Positions 10,933-22,180 of a stretch of DNA of 64,000 nt are shown here, in pieces; the first letter of the stretch is position 1, and each line of letters starts with the position of its first letter. A program made the translations under genes and the position numbers. The notes beneath the pieces are model-generated. The model had not been told where the DNA came from. It did no database searches and saw nothing but the letters and a program-made list of their open reading frames with translations. This DNA is from an uncultured delta proteobacterium. Its GTDB lineage: Bacteria; Desulfobacterota; Desulfobacteria; Desulfobacterales; SG8-13. The DNA is taken from assembly GCA_963848135.1 (NCBI GenBank), contig CAWKCK010000005.1:1-64000 (forward strand), given 5' to 3'.

Positions 10933-10951
10933 GAAATATCCTCCTCTATCG

Positions 10952-12013
10952 TCACTTGACTTCGCAGACAGCCGCCTCACCATGATTGTTCATCAATTCG
11001 CACACCCTGCGTATATCTATGTTTACCGGGCACAAACGAACGCAGCGACCGCATCCCACGCACTGGATGCCCTCATCGTATTTGTCCACGTAATACTTGA
11101 GTTTGTGCATGAACCGTTGCCGAACCCTATGGAGTTTGGTTCCGCGGGGATTGTGGCCCGATCCGTGCTGGGTAAACAAGGGATACATGCAGCTGTCCCA
11201 ATTCCGCATACGTTGGCCCTTTTTGCCGCGGTTTTCATCTTGGATGTCAAAGCACCAGCAAGTGGGGCAAACGAAGGTGCAGGTACCGCAATTGATACAT
11301 GAAAAGGATACGTCCTCCCAAAACGACGCTTCGTAAAGCGCGATAGTTTCCTGGTCTTTGAGTCGATCCGTGGCGACCCGGGAGACAATCTTATCTTCGG
11401 CGAACTTTTTGAGCGCGTCAATTTGCTCGATCGCCTCGGGAATGGCGGTGTCCCATCCAGCGGCGGCAGCCAATTTTTCACCCTTTTCAGTAAGGATTTT
11501 CGCCAGCCAGGCTTCGCCGGTGTCCACCAAAAGGACGTCCAGACCTTCTTCGTGAAACGGACCACATCCGGCAGTGGTGCAGAAACAGGAACTGCAGGGC
11601 TCATTGCAGGCATAACCGATAAAGGTCGTGGCATCAAAAGCCTTGAGCCAATACGGATCCTTGTATTCGGGTGTGGCAAAATTCTTGCCGACCAATAAAT
11701 AGGCCTTGACATCACAGGGACGGATACCGAACACCGCTCGAGGAGCATAATTCTGGGTCACCTCTTTTACGATATGGTGGTCTTCGCGCGTCTCATCCAG
11801 ACTGTATTCAAACATTACTTCCGACTGAGGATAAATAAGGGATTTCGGAGACATTCGCGTGTTCAAGTAATCGAAATCCGGCGCCACGCCATCCAAGAGC
11901 TCGCAGAAGCTGTAATACTTATCTTCCTTAACTGGTACGAAGACGCGGTAGTCTTTGCGAAGTTTGTCCAGATCGGCGACCAGTTTCTTCTTTTCGATAG
12001 TGATAATTCTCAT
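10952..12013 (-). CDS. flxB: FlxB, 4Fe-4S dicluster subunit
   Basis: GIRPCD, CINCGTCTFVCPTC, CVGCGRCVRLCP; operon position. Confidence 0.82.
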   Translation of the reverse strand: MRIITIEKKKLVADLDKLRKDYRVFVPVKEDKYYSFCELLDGVAPDFDYLNTRMSPKSLIYPQSEVMFEYSLDETREDHHIVKEVTQNYAPRAVFGIRPCDVKAYLLVGKNFATPEYKDPYWLKAFDATTFIGYACNEPCSSCFCTTAGCGPFHEEGLDVLLVDTGEAWLAKILTEKGEKLAAAAGWDTAIPEAIEQIDALKKFAEDKIVSRVATDRLKDQETIALYEASFWEDVSFSCINCGTCTFVCPTCWCFDIQDENRGKKGQRMRNWDSCMYPLFTQHGSGHNPRGTKLHRVRQRFMHKLKYYVDKYDEGIQCVGCGRCVRLCPVNIDIRRVCELMNNHGEAAVCEVK

Positions 12014-12088
12014 GGACTCAACCTTCGGCGTAGAATGGTTAGGGCTTGACTGTTGAAATGCAGCAAACCCAGCGAACCAAGCACTTGT

Positions 12089-13033
12089 CTATTTAATGAA
12101 TTCATCCGGATCGTTCGGCCGGTAAAAGTCGAGGGCCGGACGGTTGTCCAGAGTCATACCGGCTTCCCAATCGAACAGTTCCAGGCAGTCTTTTTCCAAT
12201 TTCTTGGTGAACTGCCGCATCGGGATACCGACCGGGCAGGCCCGCTCACAGGCACCACAGTCCGTACAACGACCGGCGCAATGGTAGGCCCTTAGAAAAT
12301 GGAACGTACGGATGTCGATCGGATCCTGGCTTTTCCCGACCCACTGGGGACGATGCTCATCGACAAAGCAGGTCGGGCAATAACATAGCGGGCAGGCATT
12401 GCGACAAGCGTAGCACCGTATGCAGGCGTCCAGAATCCCTTCGAAGAAAGCCCACTTCCCTTCAGGCGCCAAGCTTTCAATACGGCGCACATCCGCATAG
12501 CGGTCCACATCCTTTTGTTCCTCCAAGGGTTCGGCGACCATTTCATCGAAAATGACGGGATTACGATGGATGCAAATGGTGCAGTTTTCCTGCAGGACAT
12601 CGGTCCGGCTAAAAGTTTTTTCACCGCCGAGCCCCGTGACGATGACCTGGTCGCCATCTTCTCGAACCGCGGCGATTTCAGTTCCATAGACTGCAGATAT
12701 TCGGCGTCGGTCAATCATCCCCAGGCAGGGCACCCCAATGATATAGAGTTGTTCGCGTTTAATTTTGTTCTCGAGGATGTGGGTGACGATATTGCGAGAA
12801 TCGCAACCCTTGGCGACTATGCCGATCTTCTCTTTGCGGTCGCTCAGATAATTAACCAGATTGATGCCGCAATTACCGTCCCAAACAAACTGTTTGACTT
12901 CTGTCGGTGTCTTGGCAAAGCACGGCTCGTTCATCATCGGCACAGACCCCTTCCGAAAGCCGATGACCATCTCCACCGTGCAGTTTTTCAGGATCTTTTC
13001 TGAAATCTCTTTGATCTTGGTGATATATGACAT
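12089..13033 (-). CDS. flxC: FlxC, 4Fe-4S dicluster subunit
   Basis: KGCDSR, CIRCYACRNACPLCYC, CTDCGACERACP. Confidence 0.8.
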   Translation of the reverse strand: MSYITKIKEISEKILKNCTVEMVIGFRKGSVPMMNEPCFAKTPTEVKQFVWDGNCGINLVNYLSDRKEKIGIVAKGCDSRNIVTHILENKIKREQLYIIGVPCLGMIDRRRISAVYGTEIAAVREDGDQVIVTGLGGEKTFSRTDVLQENCTICIHRNPVIFDEMVAEPLEEQKDVDRYADVRRIESLAPEGKWAFFEGILDACIRCYACRNACPLCYCPTCFVDEHRPQWVGKSQDPIDIRTFHFLRAYHCAGRCTDCGACERACPVGIPMRQFTKKLEKDCLELFDWEAGMTLDNRPALDFYRPNDPDEFIK

Positions 13034-13034
13034 G

Positions 13035-13466
13035 CTAAGCTACCTTGCTCTCAGTTTTGACGAACGTTCGGTTCGGTCCCAATGCCTTGACCGTTGCGGT
13101 GACTTCATTGACGACCTCGACAAACTTGGTGGACTCGGCGGACGAAACCCATGAAAACTGCAGTCTGCCAGGATCGATCCCCATATGTTCCATCAGGTTC
13201 TGGAACAAGGCGAATTTTCTGCGGGCGTAGTAATTACCTTCCAGGTAATGGCATTCGCCGGGATGTCACCCGGATACCCATACGCCGTCGGCACCTTCGC
13301 GCAAGGCAGCCAGAAAGAATTTCGGGCTCATCCGACCGGTGCAGGGAATCCGGATGACCCGGATATTGGGCGGATATTCCATCCGGCCGACACCGGCCAG
13401 ATCCGCCGCACCGTAACTGCACCAGTTGCACAGGAAGGCGGCAATTTTTGGTTCCCATTCTGACAT
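13035..13466 (-). CDS. flxD: FlxD/MvhD-type iron-sulfur subunit, selenoprotein (143 aa)
   Basis: [26 protein letters not shown](13268-13266)-HPGECHY continues in frame to TAG 13037-13035; UGA sits at the Cys of GCHPGxCHY; hairpin ATTACCT-GGA-AGGTAAT 16 nt downstream. Confidence 0.88.
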
Positions 13467-13489
13467 GAACAACTCCTTTTTGTATCCTG

Positions 13490-16400
13490 TTATCCCACTT
13501 CTTCACCGAAAGAAAAGATCTGGGCAAATATCTGGTTGTTGTCAAAACCTTTCAGATGGATGGCTCCCGACCGGCAGGAGGCCACACACAGGCCGCACCC
13601 TTTGCAAAGCACCGGGTTTATTTCTGCCTTGCCGGCCTGTGGTCCGGATTCAGTAAAAATCGGTGCCGAATAGGGACAGATGGAGACGCACACGCCACAG
13701 CGGCTGCACATAAAAGGATCGGTCCTGGCCACGGCCCCGCTGGTGAATATCGATTTGCGGGCCAGTAGCGTCACGGCCCTGGAGGCGGCGGCTTGAGCTT
13801 GCGCTATGGCCTCATCGATCGGTTTGGGATAATGGGCCAGTCCACACAGAAATACCCCGTCGGTGGCGAACTCCGAGGGACCCAGTTTGGCATGGCGCTC
13901 CACAAAAAACCCGTCAGCGTTCAGCGGTACCTTGAGAAAAGCAGCCAGTTGCTCGTCCTTGTTCGGCAGGATTGCTGTTGCCAATGTCAGCAGATCGGCT
14001 TCCAATTCAATGGGTCGGCCGAGGATATGATCGGTCACCTTAACCACAACCTTGCCGTCACCAAGCTCGACCTGGGGTTTGTCGTCAAGGCTGAAACGGA
14101 TGAAGATGACGCCGGCCTCGCGGGCCTCCTTGTAGATCCGTTCCCGTTCTCCATAAGTACGCACATCACGGCAGAGAACAAAAACGTCCATGTCCGGTTT
14201 CATGCGTTTGAGCGTCAGGGCGTTATCCACTGAATGGGTGCAACACACGCGCGAACAATAGGGCCGGTGGGGTTCGCGGGAGCCCACACATTGGATGAAA
14301 ACGGCCGTATCGATATTCTTCAAAGAAGGATCGTTGGCTATCAACCTGCGGTCAAGTTCAAGGCTGGTGACGATTCGGGGGTCGTCTCCATAGTGATACT
14401 CATCCGGCTCGAGTGCCGATCCGCCGGTGGCAATGATCACCACCCCGTGTTCGAGTTCCTCTTCCTGGCCGTCAGTGGTCAATGTTGTCTTGAAATTGCC
14501 CACAAAACCGTCCACCTTGTCGATGGTGGCGTTTAGATGGATATTGACGTTTTCGTCGTTTCCCATCTCTGAAATCAGGGTGTTCAGCTTTTCCTGGATA
14601 TCTTCGCCTTTGGCGGTGCGATAAAGATTGCGGGCCTGACCGCCCAATTTGTCTCCACGTTCGATGATGTGGCTTTCGTAGCCCTGGCGGGCCAGGCTGC
14701 GGGCCGCAGCCATGCCGGATATACCGCCGCCGATTACCATGGCGGTCTGGTTGACCTGCAATTCGGCCTCCTCAAGGGGTTCGGTAAGGGCGACCTTGGA
14801 TACGGCCATCCGCACCAGATCTTTGGCTTTCTGGGTGGCCAAATCAGGTGTATTCTTATGGACCCAGGAGTCGTGGTTGCGGATATTGGCCATTTCAAAC
14901 AGATACTTGTTCAATCCGGCATTGATGAGGGTTTCCTGAAACAGAGGCTCGTGAGTCTTTGGCGTGCAGGCCGCCACGACCACACGATTCAGATTTTTGT
15001 CTTTGATAATCTTTGAAATCGTTTCCTGGGTATCCTGACTGCAGGAGTAAAGGTTATCGGTGGCGTAGTCGACAAAAGGTAGGGTCGCAGCATACTCAGC
15101 CACGGCCGGCACGTCGACGACTCCGGCAATGTTGATTCCGCAACGGCAGACAAACACCCCGACCCGGGGTCGCTCACCGCTGATATTGGTTTCCGGTACG
15201 ATTTCGGCGGTCTTGGTCAGGGTATTGCGGGCCTCGGCAAGGACTTCGCCCGCCGCTGCCGCCGCGGCACTGGCATCGATCACGGCCTGGGGTATGTCCT
15301 TGGGGCTCTGAAACGCCCCGCAGGCGAATATCCCATCGCGGGATGTGGCCACCGGTGCAAAAGAGGCCGTGCTGCAGAAGTTGCCGGTCGTCAACTTAAG
15401 CCCGAGACGTTTGGCCAGATCGATAACCTGGGGGGAAGTTTCCATTCCGACCGATAGAACGATCAGGTCAAACACTTCGGATGTTATCTCACCGGCCTCA
15501 TCGACATACCGAACTTCCAGGTCATCGGTGTCGGCCACAGGGTCGATGGAGTGCACCCGGCTGCGAATGAAACGAACGCCGCTTTTTTCCCGGGCGCTGT
15601 TGTAAAAGCGCTCGAATTCCTTACCGTGTGTGCGCATGTCCATGTAAAAGATGGCACAGTCCAAGTGATCGCCGATGTGCTCCTTGGCAATGACCGCCTC
15701 TTTGATGGCGTACATGCAGCAGACCGATGAGCAGTGCGCGTTGTCGCAACGATTGATATCGCGGGAGCCGACGCATTGAAACCAGGCGATTTTTTTCGGT
15801 TCGCGATGGTCTTTCGATTGGCGCGTGACATGCCCCAGTGTCGGACCGGAGGCCGAGAGCATACGCTCGAACTCCAGCGAGGTCATCACATTGGGAAGGT
15901 TGGCGTAATTGTAGTTATCGAACTTGGACGGATCGAATGGCTGGTATCCCGGGGCCAAAACCACGGAACCGACCTGAAGGCTGGACTTTTTTTCCTTTTG
16001 ATCAAAATCGACCGCACCGACAGGGCAGATTTTTTTACAGGCACCACATTTTCCCTTTTGAAGGTAAATGCAGCTGTCGCCATCGATGCAGTATTTCAAT
16101 GGCACCGCCTGAGCGTATTCGACATAGGCTGATCGCCTTTTCGACATCCCGGCATTATACGTATCGACGATTTTCTTGGGGCATTTCTCCGCGCAAGCGC
16201 CGCAGCCGATACAAACAGTTTCGTCTATGTAGCGGGGGTGCTCGATGATTTCAACCTCGAAATTACCGACCTCACCCTTGATGTCTTTGACTTCGCTGAG
16301 TGTCCTCAACTCGATGTTCAGATGCCGGCCGACCTCGACCAGTTTCGGTGAGATAATTCACATCGCGCAGTCGTTAGTGGGAAACGTTTTATCGAGTTGC

Positions 16401-16537
16401 GCCATGACACCGCCGATAGAGGGCCCTCTTTCCACCAGAAACACATAGTAACCTGAGTCGGCCAGATCCAACGCGGCTTGCATACCGGCGATACCCCCAC
16501 CGACAACCATTACGGATCCGATGACATCTTTTGGCAT
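13490..16537 (-). CDS. hdrA: Large HdrA-family heterodisulfide reductase subunit, selenoprotein (1015 aa)
   Basis: ATG 16537 after [28 protein letters not shown](16360-16358)-IISPKL is in frame with the 939-aa ORF; two FAD modules; SECIS-like CTGGTCG-AGGT-CGGCCGG. Confidence 0.92.
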
Positions 16538-17074
16538 TCTTCGCTCTCCTGTATGTTAGGTACCCCGGCCGGAAAGACTCTGCCGCTGTGCCCGCAGCAG
16601 TCGCCGGGATGATGATTATCTGACCCTGATGTATATGCGATTGCGATCAGAAAAAGAAATGGTATTCATAACGGCTCAGCTTACCCTTGTCAACCCAATT
16701 CGGGTCCGAAATATAGCTTTTTTATAGAGCCAATTCCGAGTTTTAATATTAAATTACAGTTAGTTATGAATTATCAAACAATGTCGGGCGGTTATGGGAT
16801 ATATCCAATAACCTGGTCGGTACGTATTGCATTTTTGTTTATGATCCGTTATAGGATAAAATTTAGCAAGGTTTTGTGCGTTCTTGAAGCGGCTCAATCG
16901 ATCTAACATGGACATTTCATGAAATCTATTCTTCTTTTCTCTAAATATCATAAGTTGCTAACTGTATCCTGATTATAATGCTTCATTTTCAGTTCAAGTA
17001 TCTAAAATTTAATAAATTTACTCATAGTATAGAAAAGATTTCATGAAATATTCGGGCTAAGGAGAGGGGGGCGT

Positions 17075-18337
17075 ATGGTCGATGCGACGATCTGGGATTG
17101 GGAACCTGGTGAAAAACGGATTCCGTTCGGCGAATGGTCGGAAAAATACCGGTGGGTGGAAGAGCCGCACGTAAGCCCCGACGGGGAAAAAATTGCTGCT
17201 ATTGTCAACATCGACGAGGGCCAGTTCGATGTTTGCGTAAACGGGGAAATATGGGGGGGAGAATTCGAAAAAGCCTGGCACCTGAGGTTCACGCCATCCG
17301 GCCGTCTGGCCGCCATTGTTTCGGAAATGGGTGAATGGACCGTGGCGGTGAACGGGTCCGTGTGGGAGAACAAATTCAGCTACGCTTGGAATCCCATCTA
17401 CAGTCAAGATGGGGAAAGCATAGCGGTTGCCTTCCAGCAGGACATGAAATACGGCATAGCCCTGAACGATACACCCTGGGAGGTGTTGTACGACAATATC
17501 ACCTATTTCGCCTTGAGCCCAGACGGTAAACAGACGGCTGGCGCTGTCCAGGTAGCAGCCGCCGATTCCGGTGAGGTGCACAAATTCCAGCAGGGTACAT
17601 TTTCCGCAGCGCTGGACGGCACGGCCTGGGAAAACACCTTCGTGAACGTCTGGAACATGGCCATCAGCCCTGATGGCAAAAACCTGGCGGCCGAAGTGCG
17701 CGTCAACCTCTACGAATACACGATCGCCGTAAACGGTAAAACCTGGGACAAATGTTACGGTAGTGTCTGGGAGCCCATCTTTCATCCGCAGAAGCAATCC
17801 GTCATCGCTCCGGTTCGGATCGAAGGCAAATGGACCCTGGCAGAGAACGGCCAGATCGTATGGGATCGCCGGTTCGTTCAAGTATGGAATCAACTCTTCA
17901 GTCGCGACGGAAGCAAACTGGCAGCGGTCGTAGCTCCAAAGTACGGGCTGTGGACAGTGGCCGTGGACGGCACACCCTGGTCGCTGACATTCAACGAACT
18001 GGTCATTGATCCGGTGTTCAGCCCGACCGGTCATCGGATCGCGGCAATCGGAAAAACCGACGGTAAATGGATCATAACCGTTGACGGAACGGCTTGGAAA
18101 AGCCGCTTCGACATGGCCTGGAAACCCATTTTCAGCCCGGACAACCGCTATTTGGCCGCAAAGGTAGAAAAAGATGGGAAATACACCATTGCCGTCAACG
18201 ACAAGCTCTGGTCGCATAAATGCGATGCCATTTGGGACCCGGTGTTCAGCCCGGACAGCCGCAAAATCCTGCTGAAATCGCTCGAAGATGGTATCTATAT
18301 TCGCCGTGTTTTACCAGTAACTGATGTGGCAAGTTGA
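17075..18337 (+). CDS. tmcD: TmcD, Trp-rich beta-propeller subunit
   Basis: Repeated W.P.FSPDG..LAA units; first gene of the tmcDCBA order. Confidence 0.8.
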   Translation: MVDATIWDWEPGEKRIPFGEWSEKYRWVEEPHVSPDGEKIAAIVNIDEGQFDVCVNGEIWGGEFEKAWHLRFTPSGRLAAIVSEMGEWTVAVNGSVWENKFSYAWNPIYSQDGESIAVAFQQDMKYGIALNDTPWEVLYDNITYFALSPDGKQTAGAVQVAAADSGEVHKFQQGTFSAALDGTAWENTFVNVWNMAISPDGKNLAAEVRVNLYEYTIAVNGKTWDKCYGSVWEPIFHPQKQSVIAPVRIEGKWTLAENGQIVWDRRFVQVWNQLFSRDGSKLAAVVAPKYGLWTVAVDGTPWSLTFNELVIDPVFSPTGHRIAAIGKTDGKWIITVDGTAWKSRFDMAWKPIFSPDNRYLAAKVEKDGKYTIAVNDKLWSHKCDAIWDPVFSPDSRKILLKSLEDGIYIRRVLPVTDVAS

Positions 18338-18349
18338 GAGGGGGGAACC

Positions 18350-19009
18350 ATGCACGAGGTCTACAACTTTGTTAGCGGTCCTCTGGCCTGGCTGGCGTTC
18401 ATCCTGTTTTTCGGCGGCTGCCTTTACCGGTTGATCGGGCTAATTAAACTGGTGAAAGACAAGGAGCCCTTCATCTTCACCTACATGAGCTGGCACTACA
18501 GCCTGCGCTCCATTTTTCATTGGTTGATACCATTTGGCACCGTCAACTGGCGCCGCCATCCGGTGTTGACCATTGTCACTTTCGCCTTTCACATCTGCCT
18601 TGTCATCACTCCGGTCTTCCTCCTCTCTCATATAATCCTCTGGGAAGAAGCTTTCGACATTAGCTGGTGGTCACTGTCTGACGTCTGGGCAGATGTTATG
18701 ACTCTGGTCGTGATTGGAGGATGTATCTTTTTCCTTGTTCGCCGGTTAAAGCTGCCGGAAGTCAAATACGTGACCTCCACTTCTGACTTCGTGATTCTGT
18801 TGATAGTGGCGGCACCCTTCATCACCGGATTCTTGGCCTATCACCAATGGTTCAACTACCCCCTGGTCATGATTCTGCATGTAGTCACGGGAGAAATAAT
18901 GCTGGTGGCCATACCATTCACCCGGCTCAGCCACATGATCTTTTCACCACTTACACGGGCCTACATGGGTTCAGAATTCGGTAAGGTGAGACATGCCAAG
19001 GATTGGTAA
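18350..19009 (+). CDS. tmcC: TmcC, membrane cytochrome b (NarI-like)
   Basis: 5 TM helices with His ligands (FHIC, SHII, LHVV, LSHM). Confidence 0.85.
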   Translation: MHEVYNFVSGPLAWLAFILFFGGCLYRLIGLIKLVKDKEPFIFTYMSWHYSLRSIFHWLIPFGTVNWRRHPVLTIVTFAFHICLVITPVFLLSHIILWEEAFDISWWSLSDVWADVMTLVVIGGCIFFLVRRLKLPEVKYVTSTSDFVILLIVAAPFITGFLAYHQWFNYPLVMILHVVTGEIMLVAIPFTRLSHMIFSPLTRAYMGSEFGKVRHAKDW

Positions 19010-19065
19010 CTTTCATTATCGACACAACCCGGTTCATAGAGCGAAATCGGACAGGAGAGTCTATT

Positions 19066-20418
19066 ATGACCGAACCTGCTAAGGAAAAAGAAAATGTAAA
19101 AAAGGTCCTCGACCAAGGCATCGAAGTGGGCGCTTCACGACTGACATTGGAACAGATCGAAAATGTAATAAACAGTGTGATCAAAGGCGAAACCGGTGCG
19201 CGTCTAAAAACCTATGTCGAAACCTGCATCCATTGCGGACTGTGTTCCGAAGCCTGCCACTACTATCTTTCGCATGACAATGACCCCAGCTTCTCACCCG
19301 TAGGCAAAGTCAAGCAGACCATATGGGAAATGCTCAAGAAAAAAGGCCGGGTCGATCCAGAGTTCATCAAACGGGCGGCAGAGATTGCCCATACCGAATG
19401 CAACCTTTGTAAACGTTGTGCCCAGTATTGTCCTTTCGGCATCGACATCGCTTATCTCATGACCGTTGTTCGGCGTATCATTCACCGTCTCGGGGTCACA
19501 CCCCTGTATATCCAGGACACAGCCCACAGCCATTCGGTAACGATGAATCAGATGTGGGTTAAAGGAGACGAATGGCCGGACACCCTTCAGTGGCAGGAAG
19601 AAGAGGCTCAGGCGGAGATCCCTACCCTCAGGATCCCCCTGGAAAAGGAGGGTGCCGACATCATGTACTCGGTGATTGCACCCGAACCCAAATTCCAGGC
19701 CCAACTGATCTACCAGGCCGCCGTCATTATGGACACCGCCGGTATCAACTGGACCATGCCGGCCACCATGGGGTGGGACAACAGTGACATGGCCATGTTC
19801 ACCGGCGACAATGAACTGATGGGTCGACTCAAACGCACCCACTTCGAAACCGCCTTCCGATTGAAGGTCAAAAAAATCGTCATGGGCGAGTGTGGCCATG
19901 CCTTCCGGTCGGTCTACGACATGGGCAACCGCTGGCTGGGATGGAAGATGCCGCCGATACCGATCGTCCATGCCATTGAGTTCTATTACCAGCTGCTCAA
20001 GGAAGGCCGGATTAAAATTGTGAAAAAATCTGATCAACCCGTGACCCTTCATGACCCCTGCAATGTCGTGAGGGGTGGTGGCTTGCACGAAATGGCGCGC
20101 TACGTGGCCCACGCCCTGTGCGAGAACGTTGTTGAAATGACCCCGAACCGGGAACACAACTACTGCTGCTGCGCCGGTGGCGGTGTCATCAACTGCGGCC
20201 CGCCCTACAAAATGAAGCGTATCGAAGGCAATCGCATCAAGGCCGAGCAATTGTTTGCCGCCAAAGCCCGGGGGGCGAAAATTCTGGTCGCCCCCTGCCA
20301 CAATTGCCACAGTGGACTGCATGACATCGTGCATCACTACGGCATCGGTCTGGATATCAAATTTTTCGGTGATTTGATTTACGAACTCATGGAAAAACCG
20401 GGAGCTGTGGAAGCTTGA
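19066..20418 (+). CDS. tmcB: TmcB, HdrD/DsrK-like Fe-S CCG-domain protein
   Basis: CIHCGLCSEAC, CNLCKRCAQYCP, ECGH, HDPC, CCAGGG, PCHNC. Confidence 0.88.
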   Translation: MTEPAKEKENVKKVLDQGIEVGASRLTLEQIENVINSVIKGETGARLKTYVETCIHCGLCSEACHYYLSHDNDPSFSPVGKVKQTIWEMLKKKGRVDPEFIKRAAEIAHTECNLCKRCAQYCPFGIDIAYLMTVVRRIIHRLGVTPLYIQDTAHSHSVTMNQMWVKGDEWPDTLQWQEEEAQAEIPTLRIPLEKEGADIMYSVIAPEPKFQAQLIYQAAVIMDTAGINWTMPATMGWDNSDMAMFTGDNELMGRLKRTHFETAFRLKVKKIVMGECGHAFRSVYDMGNRWLGWKMPPIPIVHAIEFYYQLLKEGRIKIVKKSDQPVTLHDPCNVVRGGGLHEMARYVAHALCENVVEMTPNREHNYCCCAGGGVINCGPPYKMKRIEGNRIKAEQLFAAKARGAKILVAPCHNCHSGLHDIVHHYGIGLDIKFFGDLIYELMEKPGAVEA

Positions 20419-20435
20419 ACGGTAAGGAGAAAAAA

Positions 20436-20819
20436 ATGAACAAGACCGCCCCCTTGATCCTCGCCTTTCTGCTGGTCTTCCTGTCGGCCGTCATGGTGGC
20501 ACATTCGCAGGACGACATGACACATGTCGACAACAGCGTTTACACCAAGCCTCAGCGCCCACCTTCGGTATTCAACCATCAAGAGCACGACGAGATGGCG
20601 GGAATTGAGGAGTGTAATGAATGTCACCATATTTACGAGGACGGCAAAAAACTGGAAGATGAATCTTCTGAAGACCAGAGATGCTCGGAATGCCATGACT
20701 TCAAGAATTCAGGCAACACCCCGAATCTGACGAGAGCATTTCACACAAATTGCAAGGGCTGTCATCTGCAGCAACAAAAAGGTCCGATCATGTGCGGTGA
20801 ATGCCATGAGAGAGGTTAA
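20436..20819 (+). CDS. tmcA: TmcA, acidic tetraheme cytochrome c3
   Basis: Signal peptide and four CxxCH motifs. Confidence 0.9.
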   Translation: MNKTAPLILAFLLVFLSAVMVAHSQDDMTHVDNSVYTKPQRPPSVFNHQEHDEMAGIEECNECHHIYEDGKKLEDESSEDQRCSECHDFKNSGNTPNLTRAFHTNCKGCHLQQQKGPIMCGECHERG

Positions 20820-21012
20820 ATCCTGCATGTGGTTTGCCACAAAAGAACTGAGATCGTGGAGAAAACCCGGACCATCGATCACGATCCGGTTATCGTAAAA
20901 TTTTTCAAAACGCCTTCAAACACAGCGGTCATTCGACTTGCAATGCGACCAGCTCGCCATAAGGGCTCGATGTGGTCAGAATGGGGCGGCTCGACCTGCC
21001 GATGCCGGGTGG

Positions 21013-21966
21013 ATGAATTTGGTTGACGCAACGCCAAAACAGAAACTAATCGTCATTTGCGGACCGACCGGCATCGGTAAAACCGCCGCCGCCATTGCCG
21101 TGGCCGAGACCTTCGCCGGCGAAATCATCAACGCCGACTCGATGCAGGTCTATCGATCGATGACCATCGGCACCGCCAAACCGACTGCAGAGGAACGGGC
21201 CCGAATCCCCCACTACATGGTCGACATCATCCGCCCGGAGGAAAATTTCGACGCCGTCCGGTTCTCTATTGAGGCCCGCAAGATTGCCCGCGAACTCGAC
21301 CGCCGGGGGGTGCTTGCAATCGTCTCCGGCGGAACCGGTCTCTACATCAAGGCGATGCTCTACGGTCTGTTTCGGTCAGAACCGCCGGATCCATCCATCC
21401 GCCAGCAACTCCGAGCTGAAGCGGCGGCCGTCGGTTCTGAAGTCATGCACCGACGGCTCAGTGTAGTCGATGCCGAAGCCGCCGCACGCATTCACGTCAA
21501 CGATACTTTCCGCATTATCCGGGCTTTGGAGACGGTCGTTGCCACGGGTCAACCAATCAGCGAATACCATCGCCGCCACGGCTTCAGAGACTCTCCGTTC
21601 GTAACCCTGAAAATCGGTCTCGACATGGAGCGCCAACGACTTTACGAACGCATTAACCGCCGGGTCGAGACCATGATCGCCGCCGGTTTGGTGTTGGAAG
21701 TCCGGACGCTTCTCGGAGAAGGCGTCGGTGAAGGAACAAAAGCGATGCGGTCACTGGGCTACCGGCACATGGCCGCTTTCTTGCAAGGCCGCCTGACCTG
21801 GGATGAAGCCGTGCGTACCATGAAACGCGACACCCGCCGGTTTGCCAAACGTCAGCTCTCCTGGTTCAGGACCGACAGGGAAATCGTCTGGTGTTCGCCG
21901 GATGATATTGAGGCCTCATACCCTATGATCGAAAAATTCCTGGGCCACGACAGCTCATATCCTTAA
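21013..21966 (+). CDS. miaA: tRNA dimethylallyltransferase
   Basis: GPTGIGKT, DSMQVY, IGTAKP, GGTGLY, TRRFAKRQ. Confidence 0.95.
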   Translation: MNLVDATPKQKLIVICGPTGIGKTAAAIAVAETFAGEIINADSMQVYRSMTIGTAKPTAEERARIPHYMVDIIRPEENFDAVRFSIEARKIARELDRRGVLAIVSGGTGLYIKAMLYGLFRSEPPDPSIRQQLRAEAAAVGSEVMHRRLSVVDAEAAARIHVNDTFRIIRALETVVATGQPISEYHRRHGFRDSPFVTLKIGLDMERQRLYERINRRVETMIAAGLVLEVRTLLGEGVGEGTKAMRSLGYRHMAAFLQGRLTWDEAVRTMKRDTRRFAKRQLSWFRTDREIVWCSPDDIEASYPMIEKFLGHDSSYP

Positions 21967-22180
21967 ATCGTCTGTAAAGCCCGTAATTCCATTACCGAAT
22001 TTAAAACCCTATTTCCCCTGTATCTTGCCTAAATAACACTTAATATAACGAATGCGGTCATTGACACGCAATTGTCGCGTTGGTATACACGGCTAAGCGA
22101 TAAGTCGGCTCCTCTCTTTACAGATGATGCCCGGAAGATCGAAGCAAACGAAAAGGTTGGAGAGGCGCGAGGAGAAGGCC

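Noticed and set aside
17057..20337. Long antisense ORFs (17057-18217, 19294-20337, and similar ones opposite hdrA and ppdK)
   Set aside because: Shadow frames of GC-rich genes with clear family motifs on the other strand.
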